Below, in pieces: positions 59,201 to 64,000 of a DNA stretch of 64,000 bases. Source of the stretch: a virus (lineage: Duplodnaviria; Heunggongvirae; Uroviricota; Caudoviricetes); the IMG/VR virus record IMGVR_UViG_2645727946_000002; one strand, written 5' to 3'. The translations under genes were made by a program, and so were the position numbers. The notes below the pieces were generated by a model. It searched no databases, had not been told where the DNA came from, and saw only the letters and a list, made by a program, of their open reading frames with translations. Position 1 is the first letter of the stretch; each line of letters opens with the position of its first letter.

Positions 59201-59628
59201 GTCTTGTTCTCGAGATCGTCAAAACCGCCGCTGATCGCGAATTGCGCGGGCGCCAGCGCTTTATCGAGCCGCACGACGGTGACATCGGCGCTCTGCCCGC
59301 CGGCACCCAGTTCAAACGTGACGCCGACCTGCCGGAACTGCGGAATCAGCAAGCGGATCTTTTCTTCCAGGTCCGCGTAGTCGGCGGAGTTGGATGCGGA
59401 CAGCGCGAATGTATACGGCCCCGGCGCACCCATGCGAATCAGGTTGCGCAGGATATTGACCGACGACGATTGATGTCCGAAGTTCTGACTGTTCGCGGTG
59501 AAAACGCGTATCTCGTCAAGCGCATTCAGATAGTCCCGGACTTTCGTGATGCGTGCACCGAGATGAACCGTGAGGACGTTCTGCGTTCCCTGCGACAACC
59601 GTTCGATGACGTCATTCAGTCCAGCCAC
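47233..59628 (-). CDS. giant (4131 aa) protein with central block of LysM-like repeats; function unknown
   Basis: Uninterrupted 12.4-kb ORF, GTG start overlapping the upstream gene by 17 nt. At least 7 LysM-like motifs (e.g. YTVQPRDTLGDVANAFGVTVSDLL, YTTQQGDDLAQVAARFGVTVSVLA). No N-terminal Sec signal. No RHS/YD, haemagglutinin or RTX repeats. Confidence 0.85.
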   Translation of the reverse strand: MAGLNDVIERLSQGTQNVLTVHLGARITKVRDYLNALDEIRVFTANSQNFGHQSSSVNILRNLIRMGAPGPYTFALSASNSADYADLEEKIRLLIPQFRQVGVTFELGAGGQSADVTVVRLDKALAPAQFAISGGFDDLENKTPPYHLLNVTNYVQLQPYAWNRGTNMVRIKPPGGTASEYNLDELNPTTLLARRAFYLADPELTQSDREAIAQTPYANKALVIERLLERRRAGEITLFPVYGVTTKGSAYTSLYNAVTGALIAQNTHPAVKKTVMVQITTLTASEWEAFLFLMRDPAGQMVNKIRTTPDFRGWNEENKVKDRVQDLGSPNSVPTVEQLDEELSYLKDDQLLVVYIGKIPAPLFDALYASATLPPVLEGQNTAELMLNLGKPYFKITSNNSREADARFSYATLPLSSTGAGTDATNSLDESFNGIYFTRPDNWYRDRPTYPPTQLPAMINAYVQPAGNARATYFAAQRTFFHDELNDKLLRGLDLFVNLIGPAALEEHRLALAHAELDDANAPVHEAGATARAPARIAHRKPPTRVAGGDTNGASALLEAFYEDLTSHTVDGVLDFLLAVTDGILNEFFRQVVIDVVFTITDTVTEINADKTEVTLTGKSKAFGAGNLTLAFSFTDSGGTIAGKMSGAFTDTVWAFPGAQWLSVANPSLALAIDSNAAVPVTGTVGATFTAGIAAKASLTLPSEPGRLLLQAEFLAPRPSITNIFQMLGGINIQALLPSQIQFFSDIEVQNLALRYSYANGVMEYIGVTLGTPENRSWQLVPGVTVTGLSFSALTDYPGDLQRRSTRYVIGGRFDIAGGHAQLEARVPALRVTGGLIDGSPPITLAAIVTEYLGADFAAAIPASVSSTAIEQLSFIVDQAQGAYSFSMDVSAQWPVPSAANALFTITGLNFAIDAVSRDINPPKADAGGNNGAGGTQTEIEGSFGGSLIVLPNSESPIGLSTTATYKTAAKAWTFDAQQTSGVVSLGALLVYYLGNTWQAPQGQEYAIDGLGLTITSSPTDSTWAFTGKTADNWVVPFLDVSLAAKLRMGDAGAKAEVPGKFGRLDLEVIWQNIDLTVWFDYNPKVKQYGITWGLLEGVVDGPDPTTQDWTATLGFKQNTTLGSMIETMVSWATDSKFGLESPWSFLNAIPLSNLALKYTFNQTTPSRNKVSFAVTIGPINLGFARIDSIDVGYQSTGEDRGVMVTLNGSFFWQSDPSTPLEWDASKPGTAPAPPGNGNKYLDLRLLAMGQHITLPCFATADTVQKAIACMATLPDPKPGQIPAVRFDAQSAWLIGTDFGVLKIDSGQTGNNANALRVTNDGNSLAESSGYVLTLQAVFNDPHLYGLRIALDGAAAKVFKGLDFQIMYRQVSDTVGVYQAEITLPDLMRHLTVGAYSLTLPVFGIAVYTNGDFQVDIGFPWNENFSRSFTIEAIIPPGIPVLGSAGFYFGKLSSASTNRVPASSYGTFNPVLVFGFGMQVGFGKSIEYGILSAGFSVTVVGILEGILAKWNPYQLTHSGREPSTQLQGDYYFWLRGTVGIVGRVYGSVDFAIVKANVDITVKLLLQLTYESYVSITITVIASVDVSVSVKINLGLFKISISFSFSMRLKETFTIDNRGAAPWLGDGRNVRGVLRLPVERRLSGFARAQARDSLLVSAPNWGNLRPDGVTDLSGYLVPGLTAARDEWTPQGEPANQLSCWVALLLIESVPPAGQDAGASKLKAAGSAPDSSFEALAKMVLRWAIAAVQGPMTPDEVDRCPVPATLLDWLADEVLVSTGDDPTPIPLDAVQAFLDTHFRFNLRVPPTDQDASADTAYFPAPPQLRVMIPPYGNDYPGVQYTLGSYNALGENTLAELRAWFDQLAVQVEREQAANGAAARAFVEEAPLSMAGWMFSDYFLLLARQMVKAAQDALRDFKYALDANETPDDVVSWVNTTGQLNELYTLNDVFGANALHALVAEKTLTIGVTSSISLAKTGQTFTSLAKAFDDALPASAIASANAADAALLQPGATITYPGFDPYTSVAGDTLVSIAAHYQAKLNDLLADSDVLDAAGMLRIGASALMPYTAYTALATDTFASIAALPVYAGGFGAAALATANAGRSVLLEGVKIEYPDKDAYTVQPRDTLGDVANAFGVTVSDLLATSAVLTQPGLLAPVASLTVPAFRYTTQQGDDLAQVAARFGVTVSVLADQPANGTVAGLFDTGDTLDLPHLPQFPLAELLAEAQRSGMLQHLSGIASSYTMHGLRFPTSGPTGTGGQWSIVPNEMGMWVHDVNGTLKLPPQAGLYALTGQQFPLPALGADPFAATFDSVAGAGSSWLRFVDGNGGPTDRLTLSVTPGTPDATRIAQVTAAAKTRLVVPMDMLGAGKMYDTALATYPFTSALQWLSTNTVALPYGQPPAGVQSLRVWQLPGALAALPDPATHAVNPRFALRVARYDDATGATETTGVDSYGWASTIGFTVRRIPPVAGSPASVDTYEVVGASGAAIVVLEQLLSQVQADDSAYFGLSVGFAPDSATGGGEGVQTGGAASVVFGIAQVNLSTETRPPAGAAFAALRETAGETPQLTLLNSPSEFVRLLWEASITRSGGFFLYYYDRAAGGGLPDRIFNDRNEASLTLIVLYAKPAAVDDQDRVTNYMNAVVTTDALDTGNAVLFAEAAPVPATVTSGTGETLASLAAQWYSDEADIAEANANVALRAGALVRVSEGVYQAPPGGIALAQVASRFGTTVQALNDANPLWGGLPDPLPFPAAIRVPDLTLTAGTSAHTASLADIAGWYGEPVDALASHNARVAQLFAAGVPLVIPGGPRVRSAAVQPGVQALAALRPAPPHVDGTSPDYGTELLLNNFSLLNQQVYGNVDFRPSDPPGLPAGPTTKAPEENGNDKVRTVVPADQVEAWNFSQALPYARFAKHVPQAPRAAVALPPASASPYFGVGGILQISFAWQDYYGNVLSTPLSDPLAGDAAPYNDAPLLTGYTDPLVSLSQWPSIASNWQVLPGSGGANPRLNIELSFDPSRYQGLLQASAATQTTITVVFTDALDAASVGELSRWQLVPGTVDSASLAADGKTVTLTVPALDDDLRYTVIATDIKAQASDMRYSGQASFDWPDNPVTRSSTVQQNASQDLHVYTQLYYQLTDPAGVDLSAQSSLLAGAHGAPGSVAYAPAAVDKLMDWLFGTAGAASSVYAFVLDRSKFQSVAVPPAAGLPLDVDVPPQQVNTAQIFPLWTSFTMTRAHGPVLPGLETVAGIRSASTRVAPLQDALGATGGTLGLVTFATGFEQALSTPGSVRLKVATGVDRTAPPATGAASTVWAVRVGLAAGKAISYAIADAGNPAVFAPQPASNRLISRTQVPIYDYTTGKGISSTPSRTTDFTDVDLDTWCAQVFAAVDDVLTPQFTAPMQIVGELKSADYLQSILDGKKGLATVAKLWMIPVFAGETSDPSAAREAFYQQLLVRLSAAYTTRAAVEFHANVAADVIEPAADQPPRLFGPVTRNGPVFEAANVDGQALTTVFLLFSDPMDPVTAGNIENYALSSGAGVLTATVDRGTVTLTLATDVQPGQTTVTVSNLKDATGRAVRPPLTRTVTTGSASLPASTLAFSSPKLTLQAGDTRALTYLVNAPDSVRGAGGEIVSYVELDMTYQGSQIEHQIGALPGIEDYQASTWLSFVVPDTDGPLAADLGNFAVPLVLRAFPASPAMTEQSGTPTHDLDTASLPLLKQWDYAFTYSLPFHYPQDRIYGEVEFNLRTAPTLFASFPDAFAQLAEFITVLPKVNADLQTILAGIDATVDPMTDQQKIDDASIALQSFIQLVDELVDAAGGNTQGNGERRGGTGLTFQAPARLLTGDPSLTFAFYEEEGSAEVGDTEGALVVTLVGAVPAGMGQPVVEIDPALYDAQPWQPPGDTQKAGDVFHYVYKRKAGPGPEGSYLSAANGQNIPGRTVRLPALDILQRQDAWSTVWVERNRELVPGKPSADAFVYTTPEVRFASPLYPTNDANAIIDVAAIPSGTPVTRSLQEHFDALFAYLLAGDTLPQIVAQVEVTYGYALNAALDKIVLPVLMQAPLTVDVAGTGAGTIAKMTADWTAAIETWFSTYEPTGGGTLWMDLTLMSNLTGQPMPLLRMRRLMLSIAQVVPPLPCR

Positions 59629-62600
59629 GAGCTTTCCCCAGAAGTCGGGCCGACTTTGAGCGGGAAGCCGGCGTGTTGTTGTACATCGCGTACCACCCGA
59701 GCCCCGATGCCTTGCCTTCGCTTTGCGGATTGCCGAACAGATAGAAGAGCGTCGAGCCGCTCGGCGGAATCTTGAGCAGCCCCATGAACTTGAGCGCGAT
59801 CTCGGTGAGCATCAGCAGAAACGAGCGCTTGTCGCGGTCATAGGTGAGCCACATCTGTCCGATCGAAAGCCGCAGCACGTTCTGCAGGCTGATCAGATTC
59901 GCGCCCCCGCCGGTACCCGGCAGTTGGATGCCCAGCGATGCGCGGTAGCGTCCCGCGTCAGCGCTCACGGGGGCCCATGCGGTGAGCAGGCCGGAGGTCA
60001 GCCCGATCGTTCCGGCTAGATTTCCGGGCGTGCCCATGTTCAACTGATAGGCAAGTCCGTACCAGCGGTCGCCGTTGACGCCGGTCAACGTCGCGTCGGT
60101 GACGACGTTCAGGAATCCGTCGGCCTCCGGCGACGTTTGTGCGCTCCCTTGAACGAGTCCTTGCAGGCCGAGCGCGAAATTCACGAACAGGCTGTCCGGG
60201 CGCGGCGTGCTGGTCTGCATATCGAAGCGTATCTCCGACGCGGAGAAGGCGAACGCGATCGTCGCCGGGTCGGCCACAGGGAAGGTCATCCGCACGCCGA
60301 GGTTCGAGTACGCGAGTCCGCGCCGCAACTGGTCCTCGCCGGCATGACTGCCGAAGGAGAGAATGTCGAACGCGCCGCTGCTGTCGTTTGCCTGCACGAC
60401 GGCGAAGTCGAGAAAGCCGGACAGCGCGAACCACGACACGATCTGACCGTTCGCGCCGCTGTCGCGCGTAGACATCTGCGCGCTGTCCACTTCGATTTTC
60501 GTGAACAGGTTGTTGTCGAAGTAGAACGTGCTAGTCGCGGTGGTGCCGAGGCTGTAGACCGCGCGACCGCCGTTGTCCTGGTAGCTGCCTCGCAGCACCA
60601 GCGTCGCGTACGGGTTGCCGCCTTCCCCCATGCTCACCACGGGCATATCGAACAGACTGTTGAGCGTGAGCTGCGCATAGCTCTGGAAGCGTTGCACGGC
60701 TGTGTTCTCGAACAGCGCCTTCAGCGTGAGCACGCGAAACTGGTAGTCGGTGCCCGCCGTCGGCGGCACCGGCCGCGGATCGATGCCGGGCGGCGGCGCT
60801 ATATAAGCCGGGTCCACGTAGTAGATCAGCCCGAACATCGAACTGCTCGTCGTGAGCGCGATATCGGGCGCAGCGGGATCGTTTGCGATTTGGCTGATCT
60901 CGATGCCGAAGTGGTGCGCATTGAACAGCTCGGGTGCCTGCACGCCTGCGACGATGCCGACCAGATCGTCGGGAATCGAGCTGATCTTCATCCGCAGGAA
61001 GAGAATGCCGGTCCACGCGGGATCTTTTGCGATCGTGTTGAACTTCGCGAAATATTCGGGCTCCGCCTGATCCAGCGCATCCTGGAAGTAGCGCTGCAGC
61101 CAGTACGAAAGCGCGGTCAGCTCGTCCGGGTTCGGCGCGGCGACAGTTTCGTCGGGCGGCGGCGCAGGGTTCGGTACGAGGTCGCTCGGCGCGGCGAACA
61201 CGTCTTTTTGCGTCCACATGTCGGGACTCGCGACGAGGCTGGCGGCCGGGTTCTGCGGGTCCCACAGCGGGCCGCGGCGTCCCTTCACGATCATCACATC
61301 GGCGTAGTCGTCGTAGCGGTTGTTCTGTCCGACCGCCGCTTCGAACGACCAGTCGCCGACGTTGATCCGGTTCGCGAATGTCGCGGACGGACCGCATGCG
61401 CCGCTGCCGTCCGCCGAGAACGCGCCGAGGTGCGCCGCATTGGCCGCGACAAGAAACAGATCGCTGGTCGCGAACGCCTGTTGCAGTTCGGCACCGGGGT
61501 TGCAAAAGCTCATTTGCCGAAGCGTCGGCGACAGGTTTTGCCCCAGCAGGATCTTGCTCCATTGGCCGGCGGCATCGACGGTGACGAGCAGGCCCGACGG
61601 AGTCGTCGTGTTGTACGGCGTGGCCGTGGCCATATCGGCAAGCTTCAGCGCATGCGCCTTCGATGAAGCCACGCCGGCGCCGCCGTCGGCAATGCGTCGG
61701 CGGCGCGTCGGCGAAACCACTTGGCGCTCGAAGTCCGCCATCCGCTCGGCGGTGAGCGCCGTCACGCCGTCTCCAGCCGATGCGCCCGCGTACGGGACCA
61801 TCGGAAACGCGGACGACGGAAGCGTCACTGACGGGGTCATCGGCCCGAACAGTGTTTTCTCGCCGAGCGAATGGATTAACGCATCGCGACCGTATAGCGC
61901 GGCTCCCTTCGGCTGCGCGACGTAAGCGGCCGCACCCGGCGCGCCGGGTGCGCGCGCGACGGTTCCCCATGAGGACGTATAAGTCGCGTCGAGCAGCGGC
62001 GCGTTCACGTCCACCGGCGCGCCTACCGGCGACACCTCGGTGAACGGATAACGCGGCGCGTAGGCGGGCGAGCGCGCGGTAAACCGCAGCCGGTCGCCGG
62101 CATAGCCGCCATCGACAAAAGGCTGGAATGCGACGAACTCCGTGCCCTGCAGGCCGCAGATCAGATCATACGTTCCACCGTCGCTCGGCCCGTGCGCATG
62201 GATCACGAAGTCGCCTTCGGGCGCGATCTGGAAATCGTGATTGCCTTTGTCGTCGGGGGCGCCCGCATTGAAGAGAAAGCGCGCGGCATCGGGCTGCGTG
62301 TCCAGCGGGCCCGCAACCGGCGCGAGCGTCAGCAGTTCGCCGTAGGTGGTCGCGTAACATGACGAGAGCACCGTCGCGGAGCCGTCCTGATTCTGTCCGG
62401 TGAAGACGAGGACGCTGCGATCCGCCGCGATGGCGTGCGCATTCCACGGATCGCTCGGGTCGTAACTCGCATCGAAGCCGAGCATGTCGCCCGGATTCGG
62501 CAGATGACCGAATGCGAGCGGCAGCCACTCGCCGATCGCACTGCGTACCGGGTCGTCGTGCGGGATCTGGAACTGGAAGCCCCAGTTCCAGCCGTCATGA

Positions 62601-63175
62601 AGAAACTGGCGCTGTAAAAAGACCGGGAAGCGGATGCAACCGCGCGCCGCGCCGGACAATGGAAGCGTGCCGGCCGGGATCTGGCTTGCCTGGGGGGCGC
62701 CGGGTGCCGACGCACCGCTGAAGAAAATGCCGTTAGCGGTTCCCAACCGAAGGGTGTCGCCGTCGAGCTGCAGCGTCACGCCGGCGCGCACATTGAGCGA
62801 GAGTGTCTCGAAGATCGGCGCTTGCAGCGCATTCGACACGTAGCTGCCGTCCGCGGCGATACCCATCAACGGCACGCTGGAAATCGTCGGCGCGGTGGGG
62901 TCCATCAGCCACAGAAAACCGCGGTCGGCCGGCGAGCGGGCAATGACCTGATCCACGGCGCCGATGAACGCGTCGAGCAACGGCGTTGTCGAGAGCAAGG
63001 GCGCGGTGAAAGAAAACAGGAACGAGCCAGGCAACTGCTTCAACGCGAGATCGAGGTCGATTTCTTCGGTAGACGGCGACGGGCGCGGGAGCAGGTAGGC
63101 AAGCCATCCCGCATCGCCGGATGCGACCGGGCCGATATAGAGCCGCGATCCCTCAAACTGCGTGAAGAAGCTCAT
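59612..63175 (-). CDS. large (about 1190 aa) protein of unknown function, co-operonic with giant LysM protein
   Basis: ORF 59612..63190. ATG at 63175 is the likely start (GTG at 63190 also possible). Stop overlaps the giant-gene start. Confidence 0.8.
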   Translation of the reverse strand: MSFFTQFEGSRLYIGPVASGDAGWLAYLLPRPSPSTEEIDLDLALKQLPGSFLFSFTAPLLSTTPLLDAFIGAVDQVIARSPADRGFLWLMDPTAPTISSVPLMGIAADGSYVSNALQAPIFETLSLNVRAGVTLQLDGDTLRLGTANGIFFSGASAPGAPQASQIPAGTLPLSGAARGCIRFPVFLQRQFLHDGWNWGFQFQIPHDDPVRSAIGEWLPLAFGHLPNPGDMLGFDASYDPSDPWNAHAIAADRSVLVFTGQNQDGSATVLSSCYATTYGELLTLAPVAGPLDTQPDAARFLFNAGAPDDKGNHDFQIAPEGDFVIHAHGPSDGGTYDLICGLQGTEFVAFQPFVDGGYAGDRLRFTARSPAYAPRYPFTEVSPVGAPVDVNAPLLDATYTSSWGTVARAPGAPGAAAYVAQPKGAALYGRDALIHSLGEKTLFGPMTPSVTLPSSAFPMVPYAGASAGDGVTALTAERMADFERQVVSPTRRRRIADGGAGVASSKAHALKLADMATATPYNTTTPSGLLVTVDAAGQWSKILLGQNLSPTLRQMSFCNPGAELQQAFATSDLFLVAANAAHLGAFSADGSGACGPSATFANRINVGDWSFEAAVGQNNRYDDYADVMIVKGRRGPLWDPQNPAASLVASPDMWTQKDVFAAPSDLVPNPAPPPDETVAAPNPDELTALSYWLQRYFQDALDQAEPEYFAKFNTIAKDPAWTGILFLRMKISSIPDDLVGIVAGVQAPELFNAHHFGIEISQIANDPAAPDIALTTSSSMFGLIYYVDPAYIAPPPGIDPRPVPPTAGTDYQFRVLTLKALFENTAVQRFQSYAQLTLNSLFDMPVVSMGEGGNPYATLVLRGSYQDNGGRAVYSLGTTATSTFYFDNNLFTKIEVDSAQMSTRDSGANGQIVSWFALSGFLDFAVVQANDSSGAFDILSFGSHAGEDQLRRGLAYSNLGVRMTFPVADPATIAFAFSASEIRFDMQTSTPRPDSLFVNFALGLQGLVQGSAQTSPEADGFLNVVTDATLTGVNGDRWYGLAYQLNMGTPGNLAGTIGLTSGLLTAWAPVSADAGRYRASLGIQLPGTGGGANLISLQNVLRLSIGQMWLTYDRDKRSFLLMLTEIALKFMGLLKIPPSGSTLFYLFGNPQSEGKASGLGWYAMYNNTPASRSKSARLLGKARGWTE

Positions 63176-63307
63176 GAGATCGCCCCGCACTGGATGATCT
63201 ATTTCTATTCTGCGTCCGGGCGAGCAGGGAACGCTTCCCGGACGCAGTTGATCCGGCGCAGGTATTGTCCGGCGCGTTAAGACTCACCCCGGCGCGCCGT
63301 CGCACGT

Positions 63308-64000
63308 TTAGCCCACGAAGGTCGTGCTGGCTGCGAGCGTGGTCTGCTTCGGGTTGCTCTGCGCGTAACCGCCCTTGAAGTAACCCAGCGTGTACGTGAC
63401 GCCGCGCTGAATATTTCCGCTGGACAGATTGATCCCGAAGTTGCCCGCGTTGTTATTGCTCCCGAGTTGTACGAACCAGGTGGCCGGCATGTTGTAAAGC
63501 ACTGCCTCGGTTTGGCCTTGCCACAACCCCACCCAGTCGCCGTCGGCTTGCGGTGTCATTCCCGCCGGCATCGCGTAGGAGAACGACACCGACGTCGAGC
63601 CTTTGTTGGTGACGAGGATCGACGGAGCCTGCACCGGGTCGTACGGAGGCTGGTTACTGTCCGTAGAGGGGACGAACACTGCGGCGACGATATTCTTGAC
63701 CGAATTCCCCACCGCGAATGCGACCAGGTACGACTCGCTGCTCACCGAGAGCCCCTGGAATATGCTGGAGCCATTCGGCTGGTTGTTCTGGACGATCTGC
63801 GAGTGGGCCGGCTGGGTGCTGACCGGAATAAATACCTGCGACGTCTGCCAGATGAAAACCGTGTTGCCGTACGCGTTGGGCTGATTGCCCGGCATCGTGT
63901 CGTAGCGGTACGTGATCTGCGTTCCGGTGACATCTTCCGGTTTGATCGTGAAGCTGGTGACGAGTGCCTGTTGAGACGGCGCATTGAGCTCTTTCGCCAT
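63308..64000 (-). CDS. tandem-repeat beta-domain protein (paralogue of 46508..47242); may extend beyond window
   Basis: …YDTMPGNQPNAYGNTVFIWQTSQ… and …DGDWVGLWQGQTEAVLYN… mirror the motifs of the 46508..47242 product. ATG at the window edge. Confidence 0.55.
   Translation of the reverse strand: MAKELNAPSQQALVTSFTIKPEDVTGTQITYRYDTMPGNQPNAYGNTVFIWQTSQVFIPVSTQPAHSQIVQNNQPNGSSIFQGLSVSSESYLVAFAVGNSVKNIVAAVFVPSTDSNQPPYDPVQAPSILVTNKGSTSVSFSYAMPAGMTPQADGDWVGLWQGQTEAVLYNMPATWFVQLGSNNNAGNFGINLSSGNIQRGVTYTLGYFKGGYAQSNPKQTTLAASTTFVG

Noticed and set aside
1-64000. CRISPR arrays, rRNA genes
   Set aside because: No regularly spaced short direct repeats or rRNA-like segments were seen in the window.

Overview
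High-GC, Burkholderia-like chromosomal window, read from the six-frame ORF track plus manual inspection of junctions.

(1) 1 to about 19 kb: late module of a lambda/HK97-type siphovirus prophage. It runs portal C-terminus, prohead protease, HK97 capsid with delta-like coiled coil, connector proteins, major tail, G/GT chaperone pair with an A_AAA_AAG slippery site, tape measure, gpM, an inserted tail-fibre gene with a peptidase-S74 chaperone domain, then gpL, gpK, gpI and gpJ. A holin / SAR-endolysin / Rz with embedded Rz1 lysis cassette follows.

(2) 19 to 27 kb: cargo region. It holds a lipoprotein; a PAAR-TTR protein, a putative PD-(D/E)xK effector and a putative immunity gene behind a LexA-box-like palindrome; a perfect LexA box in front of an SRAP gene; and AT-rich unknown genes. 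It ends at a tRNA-Ser 3' fragment (att).

(3) 27.0 to 34.7 kb: a second island, bounded by 19-bp direct repeats of the tRNA-Ser 3' end. It carries a tyrosine integrase whose N-terminus is split by a frameshift; an operon of HTH C-protein, C5-methyltransferase and GHKL ATPase; an IS407-like IS; and vsr.

(4) 34.7 to 41.3 kb: scrap region bounded by inverted 347-bp IS3 orfB fragments. It contains a 3'-truncated SPFH lipoprotein, a HEPN-like membrane protein, a cluster of small ORFs, brnT/brnA, an orphan tRNA-like 3' fragment, a truncated HNH gene, and IS3 and IS110 fragments.

(5) 41.3 to 45.3 kb: secreted metallophosphoesterase, di-haem cytochrome c peroxidase, and an AT-rich GDPD gene.

(6) 45.4 to 46.5 kb: IS21 and IS3 pseudogene remnants.

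(7) 46.5 to 64 kb: a minus-strand operon that I cannot assign to any known system. It encodes a 4131-aa protein with a block of LysM-like repeats, a 1192-aa protein, and two paralogous small tandem-domain proteins at the two ends.

No CRISPR array, rRNA gene or complete tRNA gene was seen.
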